From IMG/VR virus record IMGVR_UViG_3300010352_001202: a stretch of DNA of 64,000 nt; one strand, written 5' to 3'. This document shows, in pieces, positions 1 through 10,119 of this stretch. This DNA is from a virus. Its lineage: Duplodnaviria; Caudoviricetes. The position numbers and the translations under genes were made by a program. Under the pieces are notes generated by a model. The model made no database searches. It was not told where the DNA came from and was given only the letters and a program-made list of their open reading frames with translations. Within the stretch, counting starts at the first letter, position 1. Every line of letters begins with the position of its first letter.

Positions 1-2
1 AC

Positions 3-806
3 GCATTAGCGAAAGCAGTTTCAGCAACATTCCCGGAGTTCTTGCTGCAAAAGCTAAATGTTCCTATCAAGCGTTCAACTGGTGTTATTGCTAGCTCACG
101 CGAAACAGTATCTGAATCTGGTATCTGGATGGTTAAGAAGCGTTATGCTTGCTTGATGTATGATAAGGATGGCATTAGATTAGATGTGGGCGGAAAACCT
201 GGCAAGGTTAAGGCTATGGGTCTTGACTTGAAGCGTGCAGACACACCTAAGTTTGTTCAAGAGTTCTTATCTGAAATCTTATTAGATACACTTACAGGTA
301 AGGGAGAAGCGGCTGTTATTGAAAAGATTCGCTTATTCAAAGAACAGTTTGAGGGTATGAAGCCATGGCAGCAAGGTACACCGAGAGCTGTCAATAAGTT
401 ATCACATTATCGTGATAAGCTGGAAGATGCAGGATTCAAGAAGGCAAAGGGTATACAAGTAGGAAATCTGCATGTTCCTGGACACGTTACAGCAAGTCTA
501 AATTGGAATCGCATGAAAGAAATCAATATGGATCAACATGCGATGAAGATTATCGACGGGCAGAAAGTGATTGTTTGCAAACTAAGAGATACACCCGAAA
601 ACAAGCTTACAAGCATTGCATATCCTGTAGACGAAGTTCACTTGCCAGACTGGTTCCTGAACTTACCATTCGACAGCGAAGGTATGCAAGCAGGTATTGT
701 AGACCAAAAGGTAAAAAACTTACTTGGTGTTCTAAACTGGGATCTTAGCAGAACCAATAAAGAACATGCACACTTAGAGACTCTGTTTGACTTCAGCGCA
801 GTCTGA
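3..806 (+). CDS. Family B DNA polymerase, C-terminal part (5'-truncated by window edge)
   Basis: Open frame from position 3; KKRYA and KAMGLDLKRADTP are PolB palm/thumb motifs as in T4 gp43. Confidence 0.9.
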   Translation, partial: ALAKAVSATFPEFLLQKLNVPIKRSTGVIASSRETVSESGIWMVKKRYACLMYDKDGIRLDVGGKPGKVKAMGLDLKRADTPKFVQEFLSEILLDTLTGKGEAAVIEKIRLFKEQFEGMKPWQQGTPRAVNKLSHYRDKLEDAGFKKAKGIQVGNLHVPGHVTASLNWNRMKEINMDQHAMKIIDGQKVIVCKLRDTPENKLTSIAYPVDEVHLPDWFLNLPFDSEGMQAGIVDQKVKNLLGVLNWDLSRTNKEHAHLETLFDFSAV

Positions 807-809
807 AAT

Positions 810-838
810 TTGACTAAGTCAACACCGCACTGTATAAT
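810..838 (+). promoter_or_regulatory. sigma70-type promoter
   Basis: TTGACT-17 nt-TATAAT. Confidence 0.75.
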
Positions 839-857
839 AATCAGAATAGGAGAAGTT

Positions 858-1061
858 GTGGAACAATATTTTTCAAAACAAGATAAAACAATCAACGGAG
901 TAACTCAGTTACTTCATTATATTCTTGAAGATAACAGTTCTGGTGTTATTAGGAATATTGTCAAGAACCTAAAACAAGATCAATTAGATGAGTTTTTAGA
1001 TAAACACACCTATGTAACACATGCTACAGAAAGCATGCCCGTATTTAAACCTAAGGAATAA
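858..1061 (+). CDS. hypothetical protein
   Basis: GTG start after GGAG, downstream of the promoter. Confidence 0.55.
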   Translation: MEQYFSKQDKTINGVTQLLHYILEDNSSGVIRNIVKNLKQDQLDEFLDKHTYVTHATESMPVFKPKE

Positions 1062-1063
1062 AC

Positions 1064-1798
1064 ATGCTATTAGACGCATTCAAAGACATTATCAAGCACA
1101 CAAGCAGTCTCGGCATTATCGAGATGGTGAAGCTTATGGGCACAGCAGCAACAACCAAGCTAGAAACAAAAGATATCGATAATACCGTTATCATCTACGG
1201 TGAAATGTATCAACCAATTAGCGGTGTTGATACAACATTAGGACTATCGCGCCTTGCAGTGCTGAAGGGCTATATCGGCATGCACGAAGAATCAACTGTG
1301 ACTATTTCAACAGAAACACGCGCAGGGGTTACAGTTCCTACAGAGATTGTATTCGACAACGGCGATGGATTTGTATCAAACTACAGATTTATGTCCGAGT
1401 CCATGATCAACGAACAAATTAAGGTTCCGCCTTTCAAGGGTGCAACATGGGATGTTGTTACGGTTCCGTCAAAAGCAGCTATTTCAATGCTTAACGACAA
1501 CTTTGGTGTATTAGGTACATTCGAAAAGCGTTTCATTGTTAGCGTAGACAAGGGAACACTGAAGTTTAGTATCGGTACAGGACCGACAGACAGAACAACA
1601 GTTCCGTTTGCTAAGAATGTTACAGGCACACTAAAGCACCAGTGGTCTTATCCGTTGGCACAAGTTCTTTCTATCCTGAAGCTTACAGATAATGCATCGA
1701 GCTCGACTATGAGTTTCTCAGATCAGGGTGCCCTTAAGATTGACATCGATAGCGGCATTGGCAAATATTCATACATCGTACCTGCAGGCAAAGCGTAA
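1064..1798 (+). CDS. putative DNA sliding clamp / processivity factor
   Basis: 244 aa, alternating helix/strand pattern of clamp size, next to the DNA polymerase; no diagnostic motif. Confidence 0.5.
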   Translation: MLLDAFKDIIKHTSSLGIIEMVKLMGTAATTKLETKDIDNTVIIYGEMYQPISGVDTTLGLSRLAVLKGYIGMHEESTVTISTETRAGVTVPTEIVFDNGDGFVSNYRFMSESMINEQIKVPPFKGATWDVVTVPSKAAISMLNDNFGVLGTFEKRFIVSVDKGTLKFSIGTGPTDRTTVPFAKNVTGTLKHQWSYPLAQVLSILKLTDNASSSTMSFSDQGALKIDIDSGIGKYSYIVPAGKA

Positions 1799-1799
1799 T

Positions 1800-2069
1800 A
1801 TGGAAGATGAGCCGGAGTTCAACGAAGTTATTTTAGCGTTGAAATATCCGGATTATCACAAATGGCGTGATTTAAAGGCTGCCAAGGCACGCGGCGGTTA
1901 TTGGCCCGATGGGTCTATAGTGCGCCTTAGTGATCCGGAAATGAAACCATATATGGATTACGAGATGGATCGTATTAGAAACGATCCAGAATATGCACGC
2001 AAGATCCTGAATAACTTAGGCCTTTATAAACAAAAATTACACGATACTGACGACGATTTGCCTAAATAA
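1800..2069 (+). CDS. hypothetical protein
   Basis: ATG 1 nt after the upstream stop. Confidence 0.6.
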   Translation: MEDEPEFNEVILALKYPDYHKWRDLKAAKARGGYWPDGSIVRLSDPEMKPYMDYEMDRIRNDPEYARKILNNLGLYKQKLHDTDDDLPK

Positions 2070-2072
2070 AGT

Positions 2073-2273
2073 ATGGACGACATAGACCGCACTTTTGAAA
2101 AACTCAAGAAACAAGATTATAAGACTGTCGAAGGTCTAGTAGGTAATCGTCTTACAGTTAATCCATATACATTTGAACTACACCTTCATAAGCTTTATCA
2201 CCGCATCGTTATAGATTGTGGTTGGACAGTAGAAGAATTCCTAGACGAACTAAACAACAGAAAATTCACATGA
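2073..2273 (+). CDS. small protein, GWTxxE(F/Y) family
   Basis: DRTFEKL...CGWTVEEF; resembles ORFs at 22630, 51612 and 53023. Confidence 0.65.
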   Translation: MDDIDRTFEKLKKQDYKTVEGLVGNRLTVNPYTFELHLHKLYHRIVIDCGWTVEEFLDELNNRKFT

Positions 2274-3841
2274 CAAATAGCAGAGTAAATTTCACAGAAA
2301 GACACGAAGAAGGTGGCTGGGCTAAGTATTTGCCTGCTATCAGCGGATTCTACACTACACATTTAGGTAAGGATTTGTCTGACGAAACATTCGTTCCTGC
2401 AGATCGCCTACCTAAAAAGTTCGAGTTCGGGTTGCAAGGACTAAACTTCTTAGATCCGGAATATAGTTATTTCAATTATAAGTATGGATTGTATTCAGCA
2501 GGACACGCTGAACGTAAGCTAGATAAATGCGATGATCGCGAACCCATGATACACAAGCGTGACCGAAAGAACACTGTACTTGTTGGTGACTCAGGGGGCT
2601 TTCAGATCGCAACCGGCGTTATTAAGCTTGATTGGGCTACGGTTAAGACACCCGCAGGCGACAAGCTAAGAGAAGAGATCTTGCGTTATTTAGAGCATAC
2701 AGCCGATTGGTCAATGACGCTCGATGTACCAGCATTTGCTGCACTGCCACCACTGAGCGAAAAGACAGGACTTACAAAGTTTGAAGATTGCTTAGATGTG
2801 TCAATCTACAATTTAGATTATTTCATGAAGAATCGTGTGCCTGGTGCAACTAAGTTCTTGAATGTAATGTCTGGTAGTAGCAATGAAAACTCCAAGCAAT
2901 GGTATGATGCAGTAAAGAAATATAGTATTCCTGCAGAAGTAGAGAAAATGGGATATACTGTAGATCGCACATTAGAGGGTTGGGCGTTCGCTGGTATCAA
3001 TATGAAGAACATGAAAACTGTTCTTGAAAGAATGTTGGATCTGCGTCGTGACAACCTACTTGGTGGTAAGGATTGGATCCACTTTCTGGGTATTGGCAGA
3101 CTTGATTGGGCATGCTATCTATCGTCTATCGAACGCCTGTTAAAGAAATATGATAATCCTAACATCAATATTAGCTTTGATGCTGCATCACCGTTTGTTG
3201 CTGCAGGCGGATATGCTCTGTCGTATAATTATAACTATTTCAAGCCAGATCAACTTACATATGCAATGGGCAGAGGTATTGATGATAAGGGCCTGAAAGG
3301 TAGTAATAGGGCGATGCCGTTCCAAGGACCTATTATGGAAAGACTTACTGCCGGCGATATGTGCGTTATGGGTCCCGGTGATCTAAATAAACACGGCAAA
3401 GAAGGTAAGACAAGCTGGGATACAACTACGTATGCATTGGTAATGGCACATAATGTGTATAACCATATTCAGGCAGTACAAGAAATCAACAGGCTGGCTG
3501 ATATCGAATATGCGGTTCGTAAAAATGTGGATTATAGGGACTGGTATCAAATGCGCGACAGGAAGAAGCAAACAAATCTTAGCGACTTTGTTCCTAACTC
3601 TATTTTATTCTTCAACAACTTTGTGGAGGTATTACTTGATCCTTCCAATAAAGATCCGTATAATATGTTGAAGGAGAATCAAGCTTTCCTTGACTACGTT
3701 AGCTTTGGTGATAAGAAAGCAACAACAACGTTTAGTTCGTTGTTTGGAGAAGAAGACAACCACAGCAACGACGAGCATACGCCAACAGGCGAGGAGCTTG
3801 CAGGTCTTGATAAGGAAGACCTAATAGACTTAGATGAATGA
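2270..3841 (+). CDS. dpdA: TGT-fold guanine transglycosylase, DpdA-like (probable 7-deazaguanine insertion into DNA)
   Basis: DSGGFQ, MTLD, HFLG, SFDAAS and late HN motifs of the TGT family; no CxCxxC zinc site; clustered with QueE and a QueD-like gene next to the DNA polymerase. Confidence 0.75.
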   Translation: MTNSRVNFTERHEEGGWAKYLPAISGFYTTHLGKDLSDETFVPADRLPKKFEFGLQGLNFLDPEYSYFNYKYGLYSAGHAERKLDKCDDREPMIHKRDRKNTVLVGDSGGFQIATGVIKLDWATVKTPAGDKLREEILRYLEHTADWSMTLDVPAFAALPPLSEKTGLTKFEDCLDVSIYNLDYFMKNRVPGATKFLNVMSGSSNENSKQWYDAVKKYSIPAEVEKMGYTVDRTLEGWAFAGINMKNMKTVLERMLDLRRDNLLGGKDWIHFLGIGRLDWACYLSSIERLLKKYDNPNINISFDAASPFVAAGGYALSYNYNYFKPDQLTYAMGRGIDDKGLKGSNRAMPFQGPIMERLTAGDMCVMGPGDLNKHGKEGKTSWDTTTYALVMAHNVYNHIQAVQEINRLADIEYAVRKNVDYRDWYQMRDRKKQTNLSDFVPNSILFFNNFVEVLLDPSNKDPYNMLKENQAFLDYVSFGDKKATTTFSSLFGEEDNHSNDEHTPTGEELAGLDKEDLIDLDE

Positions 3842-4058
3842 GAGACTTCAGAAGCACCTATCGACTTTAGAACAGTTGATAGGTTTACAGAAAGAATCCG
3901 TATGCCGCGGTGACCCTGCGGTGCAATATATGCATGGTATGCTAAATGGATTAATATGTGCCCATGCTATATTTTCTGATTCCTCTCCAGTATATCATAG
4001 TCGTCCTTTTAGAAAAAGACATACAAGAGTAAGACATAAAGTAAAACAAGGAAGTTAA
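3834..4058 (+). CDS. hypothetical protein
   Basis: ORF overlapping both neighbours. Confidence 0.6.
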   Translation: MNERLQKHLSTLEQLIGLQKESVCRGDPAVQYMHGMLNGLICAHAIFSDSSPVYHSRPFRKRHTRVRHKVKQGS

Positions 4059-4888
4059 TGACAAATAAGGTATGTATATATCACGGTAATTGCGCAGATG
4101 GATTTACAGCAGCATGGGTAGTTAGGCAAGCACAAGGATCTGAGGTTGAGTTTATCCCGGGATTCTATCAAACAGAGCCTCCCGATGTTACAGGTAAAAT
4201 CGTCTACATGGTAGATTTCAGCTATAAGCGTCCAGTTATGGAGAAGCTTATTGCGCAGGCAGAAAAATTTATTCACATTGATCATCACGATACAGCAATT
4301 AAGGATATGGAGGGCTTTGATGCCCCTAATTTCTTTACAATGTATTCCCCGGATAATTCGGCCAGCGGAGCAATGCTTACCTGGCTTTATTTTTATCCAG
4401 ATATTGCTGTGCCTGAATTTATTAAACACATCGATGATAGAGATCGCTGGCAATTTAAATTACGTGGTACACGCGAAATTCAGGCAAATGTATTCAGCTA
4501 TGAATATACGTTTGAAAACTGGGATATGCTTGTAAATCAAGCATTGGATGAGCAAATCAGAGAAGGCTCTGCCATTGAACGCAGAATGGCAAAGGATGTT
4601 AAGGAATTGATTGGTGTGGTAGTGCGCAGAATGAACATTGCAGGTTATAACGTGCCTGTAGCTAATGTGCCATACCAGTACGGTTCGGATATATGCCATG
4701 CACTCTGTAAAAATGAGCCTTTTGCGGCGTATTACTACGATAAACCTACAGGACGCGAGTTTGGCCTAAGGTCAGAAGCTGGCGGCGTACATGTAGGCGA
4801 AATTGCTACAAAATACGGTGGTGGAGGTCACGAACACGCCGCCGGTTTTAGAATCACTTACGGTGGTGCAAAGCACTTTGAATTATGA
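4058..4888 (+). CDS. DHH/DHHA1 family phosphoesterase
   Basis: YHxxCxDG, VDF, IDHH and GGGGH motifs. Confidence 0.9.
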   Translation: MTNKVCIYHGNCADGFTAAWVVRQAQGSEVEFIPGFYQTEPPDVTGKIVYMVDFSYKRPVMEKLIAQAEKFIHIDHHDTAIKDMEGFDAPNFFTMYSPDNSASGAMLTWLYFYPDIAVPEFIKHIDDRDRWQFKLRGTREIQANVFSYEYTFENWDMLVNQALDEQIREGSAIERRMAKDVKELIGVVVRRMNIAGYNVPVANVPYQYGSDICHALCKNEPFAAYYYDKPTGREFGLRSEAGGVHVGEIATKYGGGGHEHAAGFRITYGGAKHFEL

Positions 4889-5058
4889 AACCTTGGTTTG
4901 CATGGTATCCTGTAAACATTGATAATAAGTGGGTATGGCTAAGGACAGTCGAAAGGGAGCGGCATCATGCTTTCTTAGATGCACGTCCGTTTGGTGATTA
5001 TCCTTCCTATCCTGTTTCGGGTTATTGGGTATATAAAAATGTCAAAGAAAAATCCTAG
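4885..5058 (+). CDS. small Trp-rich protein (WFAWxP family), 57 aa, not in ORF track
   Basis: MKPWFAWYPVNIDNKWVWLRTV...; ATGA overlap; similar to ORF 42222. Confidence 0.65.
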   Translation: MKPWFAWYPVNIDNKWVWLRTVERERHHAFLDARPFGDYPSYPVSGYWVYKNVKEKS

Positions 5059-5467
5059 AGATTCTGATAAAAAGCCATCTGAAATGTTTATGAGGGCTGT
5101 ATCCGGCTTTGGTGTCGGTTCACCGGATTTAACATGTGGATGGTGCGGTAGATTACACCTTTGCCCCACCTCCGAGTCCTATACACAGGACGAAGACGAA
5201 GGAGTGGGATGGAGAGAAGATTGCGAAAGGCAATATAAAGAAGATCCAGATAATGTTGTATTGCATTGGGAATGGGATGCTATTTCGGGGCACGAGCTTA
5301 ATGGTATACTTTTTGTAGATGATTGTCCGTGTAACGGTATTACAAGATACGAAACATTTATATGGAAAGAGCGGGAAACAATCCGCAGATACCTAAAGGC
5401 GCGCATTGAACAAGAGTATCAATGGGCACAAGAAGAACTCACACTTAACAAACTTGCAGGAATATAA
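5039..5467 (+). CDS. hypothetical Cys-containing protein
   Basis: CGWCGR and CPC motifs. Confidence 0.6.
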   Translation: MSKKNPRDSDKKPSEMFMRAVSGFGVGSPDLTCGWCGRLHLCPTSESYTQDEDEGVGWREDCERQYKEDPDNVVLHWEWDAISGHELNGILFVDDCPCNGITRYETFIWKERETIRRYLKARIEQEYQWAQEELTLNKLAGI

Positions 5468-5468
5468 A

Positions 5469-5762
5469 ATGATCGGAAAGAAATTATTTGTAGTCGATGT
5501 AATCTCAAGCTTTCACAATCGTTATGTAATTGAGGCCGAAAGTCTCGAACATGCGTATGACGAAGTAACAATGATAGACTCGGGGAATGAAGAAGATTCC
5601 TTTGAGCCATTCTCGCAAAAGTTCTTAGGTGAGCAGATTATTGACGGTAGAAAGATTTCACCTAGAAAATTTCAAAAGTTACTTGTCGAATTAGAAAAAT
5701 CCGGCGATGGTTCATATTGGATGGGCGAACAACTTATTAGAAAGATCGATTATAACAGATAA
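5469..5762 (+). CDS. hypothetical phage protein
   Basis: Tightly packed ORF. Confidence 0.65.
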   Translation: MIGKKLFVVDVISSFHNRYVIEAESLEHAYDEVTMIDSGNEEDSFEPFSQKFLGEQIIDGRKISPRKFQKLLVELEKSGDGSYWMGEQLIRKIDYNR

Positions 5763-5765
5763 AAT

Positions 5766-6020
5766 ATGGCGAAAGAAGTTGAACATAAAGACCTATTAGG
5801 CAACCCTATAACAGAAAGTTCTAAGCTAGCGGTATCTCATCATAATAGCTTGAAAATTTGCTCTATCGTTAAGTTAAATCCTAAAATGCTTAGGGTAGTG
5901 CCTATTAACAGTAAGCGTAAATGGGCTGAAGGTGACGGATATTTAGTTTATCCCAGTCAGACTGTTGTGGTAGACGGACCGGATGTAATGGCTTACATAT
6001 TGCGTGGCGATGGAACGTAG
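5766..6020 (+). CDS. small SH3/KOW-like protein
   Basis: DLLGNPI...VVVDGPDVMAYIL; paralog of ORF 20577. Confidence 0.55.
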   Translation: MAKEVEHKDLLGNPITESSKLAVSHHNSLKICSIVKLNPKMLRVVPINSKRKWAEGDGYLVYPSQTVVVDGPDVMAYILRGDGT

Positions 6021-6237
6021 TAGAGATGAAGAAGCGGAAGAGATAATCCGCAGACTAAAGGCACCACCGAAGCCGAAACATAGGATGCTGACAGCAACCT
6101 GGGATTTTGTAACAACGGCGGACCTGCAGGTTACACACGGCATAGATTTAGAAAAAGAAATAACAGAAGCATTATCAGCAATGATAGCTGCCGAAATTGA
6201 TCAAGAACTATTAGGAAAAATAAGGAGCACAAAATGA
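6010..6237 (+). CDS. mini-protein resembling a segment of T4-type major capsid protein
   Basis: RMLTATW...DLQVTHGIDLEKEITEALSAMIAAEIDQELL matches the gp23 pattern R.L.A.(Y/W)..E.AQDL.A.HG.D...EL..IL..EI..EI.RE. Confidence 0.6.
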   Translation: MERSRDEEAEEIIRRLKAPPKPKHRMLTATWDFVTTADLQVTHGIDLEKEITEALSAMIAAEIDQELLGKIRSTK

Positions 6238-7412
6238 GAAAACTGTATTACATGGGTCTCGAATCGTACGAAGCCCGTTATACCTTACAACTGCAAGACT
6301 GGAACGAAAGAGTATTCAAGCTTAGAGGCATTGATTACGAGTGCGTTACAGGTACAGAGCTTGCAACAGATAAGAAGATTGTTACAGGTAGCGTTCTCGA
6401 TGCTCACGGCCGTACATATTACAGTTTGATGCAGACAGCAAATCTTATCAAGCTTATGAAAGAAGGCAAGGTAACAAACGAAGATGTTATCTTCTACGAA
6501 GATATGTTTACACCCGGTATTGAAAGTTTGCCTTACATTCTAGAACAAGTCCCGGCAGCATATCGTCCGAAGGTATATGTTCGCTGCCTGGCACAAAGTA
6601 TTGATCCGGACGATTTTGTCAATCGCGAAGGCATGGCACATTGGATGCGTAAGTTTGAACAAATGGTTGACGAGTTTGTTGATGGTATTTTAGTTGCAAG
6701 CGAAGAAATGGTTGCACACCTGCGTATTGCAGGAATGGATGCACCTATCTATGTTACAGGCCTACCGTTTGGTAAGGCTGAAGTGTTGAGCCGTGTTCCA
6801 CTTCAACAGCCGCTTGTCAACAGAACAAAGCGTGTAGGATTTGCTGCTCGGTGGGATGACGAAAAGCAACCTGATTTTTACATGGATTTGGCAGAGGCTG
6901 TTTATAAGGATGCACCAGAAGTAGAGTTCGCTGTGTTCTGCGGACATCCGGAACTGAAGAGCAATCGGCAAGCATATGTAGATCGAGCAAGAAAGCTAGA
7001 AAAGGGTAACCAAGCCAACTTTAAAGTGTATACTGGCCTGAAAAAGGATGATTACTACCGGCTTTTAGCAGATTCTACCGTTTTATTCAACTGCGCACTT
7101 CAGGACTGGGTAAGTAATACAGTAAGCGAAGCTGATACGTTGGGAACTCTTACCTTATATCCCGCCTATCGTAGCTTCCCCGAAGTGTTTGCTAATAATG
7201 CGAAAAACATGTATATTCCGTGGAGCATTGAAGATGCTAAAACAAGGTTGCTAGATATGCTTGCAGCACCATGGAAATACGAAACAGGACTTATTAGCGC
7301 ATGGCAGAATGGTACTATTGATCGCACTATCGATATTTTAGAAGGTGGTGGCAATCAATGGGCAAGAAATAGCAATGACTACAGAAAGTATGTAGCCAAG
7401 GCAAAATACTAA
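6234..7412 (+). CDS. glycosyltransferase, GT-B fold (GT4-like)
   Basis: VGFAARWDDEKQP and QDWVSNTVSEA (E-x7-E-like) motifs. Confidence 0.8.
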   Translation: MRKLYYMGLESYEARYTLQLQDWNERVFKLRGIDYECVTGTELATDKKIVTGSVLDAHGRTYYSLMQTANLIKLMKEGKVTNEDVIFYEDMFTPGIESLPYILEQVPAAYRPKVYVRCLAQSIDPDDFVNREGMAHWMRKFEQMVDEFVDGILVASEEMVAHLRIAGMDAPIYVTGLPFGKAEVLSRVPLQQPLVNRTKRVGFAARWDDEKQPDFYMDLAEAVYKDAPEVEFAVFCGHPELKSNRQAYVDRARKLEKGNQANFKVYTGLKKDDYYRLLADSTVLFNCALQDWVSNTVSEADTLGTLTLYPAYRSFPEVFANNAKNMYIPWSIEDAKTRLLDMLAAPWKYETGLISAWQNGTIDRTIDILEGGGNQWARNSNDYRKYVAKAKY

Positions 7413-7425
7413 TCAAGGAACAAAG

Positions 7426-8253
7426 ATGAATAGAGATGGACATAAAGACGTAGTGTATTTCATTGGACCAGAAGTCGAACATACACCTGCATATTCGAAG
7501 AGAACATTGTTTGTCGTAGGCAAGCAGGATGTTGAACAGATTGAACGCATGGCAAGGGAATATAGGACTCCTCATATTTTCTTAGGTGCTAATCATTCCT
7601 TCAGTGTAGATCCAACAGATGGAACACTATACTGGGATAAGACAATTACTGCATTGCTAGATAAGGGATTTTGGGTAACTTTAGATTACCAGGCACATGA
7701 ACACAAGTCAGTTCTGCTAATGCTTAACAAGGGTATTTGGCAGTGCCGTACTTTCGTACCATTACTGAGTGTTCGCATTCCTAATGTACAGACATCAAGT
7801 ACCAATCTTACAATCAAGATTGACGATGTAGACTTCAAGGCAACAAATGCAGGTGTATGGTGTCTAAACCATCACGAAATTACAGATAGTAATCGTTTCA
7901 CAGACTGGAATGATTATACAACTGATGAGGTTGTTGCTCCACTAGCAGGTCCTGTGCCTAATCCTGTTTTGCGTGTACCGGTTCCGACACCCGTGTTTGC
8001 AGATAACAACAAGCCCGAAGTAAACCTAGAGAAGGCTAAGGAAGTTGTTGAAGCTGCAAAGAATGATCAATCAATTGGATTAGATACATCTGCTGTATCA
8101 CAATTGAAGCCGGAGGAAAATGCGCAAGAAACAGAAATTTCAACCCCGGCTGTGGCTAGCGTTAAGGACGCTGCTGAAGCTTATGCGGATGGAGCCACGA
8201 AGGATCCCCTCTCGTCGAAAGAACCGTCGAAGAAAGCTAAAGGCAAGGCATGA
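7426..8253 (+). CDS. hypothetical protein of the modification cluster
   Basis: Globular ~170-aa N-terminal domain plus low-complexity Ala/Lys/Pro tail. Confidence 0.7.
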   Translation: MNRDGHKDVVYFIGPEVEHTPAYSKRTLFVVGKQDVEQIERMAREYRTPHIFLGANHSFSVDPTDGTLYWDKTITALLDKGFWVTLDYQAHEHKSVLLMLNKGIWQCRTFVPLLSVRIPNVQTSSTNLTIKIDDVDFKATNAGVWCLNHHEITDSNRFTDWNDYTTDEVVAPLAGPVPNPVLRVPVPTPVFADNNKPEVNLEKAKEVVEAAKNDQSIGLDTSAVSQLKPEENAQETEISTPAVASVKDAAEAYADGATKDPLSSKEPSKKAKGKA

Positions 8254-8630
8254 TAAAAAGTAGAACTATTTTTATTACTTTCCAGAAGGAAGGTATTCAT
8301 CGCTATCCGGATGCACCTGCAGGAGTTGAGTTCCTGCAACATCCACATAGGCATATTTTCCACTTTAGGGTTACTGTAGATGTTTTCCACAACGACCGTG
8401 ACATCGAGTTTATCCTTTTCAAACGCGAACTTGAGGCTCTTTATTCTGCGGCAACTTTAGAGGTAGATTACAAAAGTTGCGAAATGCTCGCAGAGGATCT
8501 TATTGGCTATATTTCCACAAAGTACCCCGGTCGCAACATTTCTGTAGAGGTTAGCGAAGATGGGGAAAATGGCGCAACTCTTCAATATGTTCCGCAGGAA
8601 AAAAGTTGTGGCGGATGTTGCGGTAATTGA
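8250..8630 (+). CDS. QueD-like T-fold protein (possible DpdL-type CDG decarboxylase)
   Basis: EGIH...LQHPHRHIF (LxxxHRHxF), SCEMLA, VEVSEDGENG. Confidence 0.7.
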   Translation: MIKSRTIFITFQKEGIHRYPDAPAGVEFLQHPHRHIFHFRVTVDVFHNDRDIEFILFKRELEALYSAATLEVDYKSCEMLAEDLIGYISTKYPGRNISVEVSEDGENGATLQYVPQEKSCGGCCGN

Positions 8631-8835
8631 GGATCCGCATGCTAAAGAGTTTGGAGACAAATATAAAGTAGTCTTCAAACTCGAAGGACACACACATCGG
8701 CATTACGAAATGTTAGAATGGGTTAATAATAATACCGTTGGTTCTGCCGATGTAAGATTTATAGATAGTTCGGTATATTTTGCTTTTGAAAACGAAAGCG
8801 ATGCAACCTTTTTCAAGATAAAATATTCAGTATGA
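8587..8835 (+). CDS. small protein, C-terminal DAxxFKL family
   Basis: FENESDATFFKIKY. Confidence 0.6.
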   Translation: MFRRKKVVADVAVIEDPHAKEFGDKYKVVFKLEGHTHRHYEMLEWVNNNTVGSADVRFIDSSVYFAFENESDATFFKIKYSV

Positions 8836-9164
8836 GTGATAATATGAGTTCAACTTCAATGGCAGCTGGTGATCCATGGATTTACCAGTCTAATACTATT
8901 CCGACTTCTACATTTACAGCTGGTTCGGGGCTATTGGTATCTTCATCAGCGACAGCGACCTGGCAAAATATCGAACTTGATCTTCCTGCCAATAAAGATT
9001 TCAAAGAACTTGCAGATAGGATTGGCGAGATTGAAAAACAAATGATGGTTCTCAGACCTGATTTAGCAATGCAAGAAAAGTATCCTGCGCTAAAAGAAGC
9101 ATACGATGCCTATCAGGTAATATTAGCTATTGTGAAAAGTAAAGGAACAGATGAAAAGCCATAA
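8832..9164 (+). CDS. hypothetical protein
   Basis: Ser/Thr-rich N-terminus, coiled coil, KYPALKEAY. Confidence 0.65.
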   Translation: MSDNMSSTSMAAGDPWIYQSNTIPTSTFTAGSGLLVSSSATATWQNIELDLPANKDFKELADRIGEIEKQMMVLRPDLAMQEKYPALKEAYDAYQVILAIVKSKGTDEKP

Positions 9165-10119
9165 AGTTTTGATCACAGGTGGTGGGGGATTTATTGGAAC
9201 ACAAGTTGCGTGGGAATTAGCCCTTCACGGACACGATATCACTATTGTTGACAGAGAACTACCAAAACATCGTTATCCGGGAATCTACCGTGTAAGCGAC
9301 TACCTGGAATTTTTTGAGAAAAACGAAACTCATTATGATACTATCGTTCACCTTGCTGCTGAACATATTGTTCCTGTTAGTGTAACAGAACCGGAGAAGT
9401 ATTACACAAATAATGTGATAAAAATGAAGGCTATGCTTGACTATATGGTCGAGCGTCGCATCAAAAATATAATCTTTAGTTCTAGCGGTAATACATACGG
9501 CAGGCAAGGTGGCAATGGCGCTCTTATCGAGAACTTGTATTATGATCCGGAAAATCCATATGCAAGTACAAAGGTAACAGGCGAACTTCTTATCAAAGAT
9601 TATGCAAGGGCATACGGATTGAAGTATGTAAACTTTAGATACTTCAATGCTGCTGGTGCAGATCCGCTATGCAGATTTGGATATGTACAACGCCCTGCAA
9701 CACATGTTATTCCTATTCTTTGCAATAAGGTACTAAATGATGAAGTATTTCAAATCTACGGTAATGAATATTTTACGAAGGACGGGACTTGTATTAGAGA
9801 TTATGTACATGTCGCAGACCTGGCAAGAGCACATTCAAAAGCAATAGAATATTTAGACGCAGGAAATGAAAACGACACATTCAATATCGGCGGCGGCAGT
9901 AGCGGTATCAGTGTCAAAGATTTAGTAGATGTTGTAGGTAAGGTAGTAGGCAAAACACCGTTGGTAGAATATGCACCACGACGAGAAGGTGACCCGGGTA
10001 TTCTTGTAGCTAATATTCACAAAGCCAAAGAGAAGTTGGATTGGGAACCTATGTACAATATCGAACATATTGTGCAACATGCATGGGATTGGGAGAAGAA
10101 ACTTGAAACAAGTGAATGA
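9151..10119 (+). CDS. galE: UDP-glucose 4-epimerase
   Basis: GGGGFIG, HLAA, YxxxK (YASTK), RYFNAAG, IRDYVHVADLA. Confidence 0.9.
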   Translation: MKSHKVLITGGGGFIGTQVAWELALHGHDITIVDRELPKHRYPGIYRVSDYLEFFEKNETHYDTIVHLAAEHIVPVSVTEPEKYYTNNVIKMKAMLDYMVERRIKNIIFSSSGNTYGRQGGNGALIENLYYDPENPYASTKVTGELLIKDYARAYGLKYVNFRYFNAAGADPLCRFGYVQRPATHVIPILCNKVLNDEVFQIYGNEYFTKDGTCIRDYVHVADLARAHSKAIEYLDAGNENDTFNIGGGSSGISVKDLVDVVGKVVGKTPLVEYAPRREGDPGILVANIHKAKEKLDWEPMYNIEHIVQHAWDWEKKLETSE

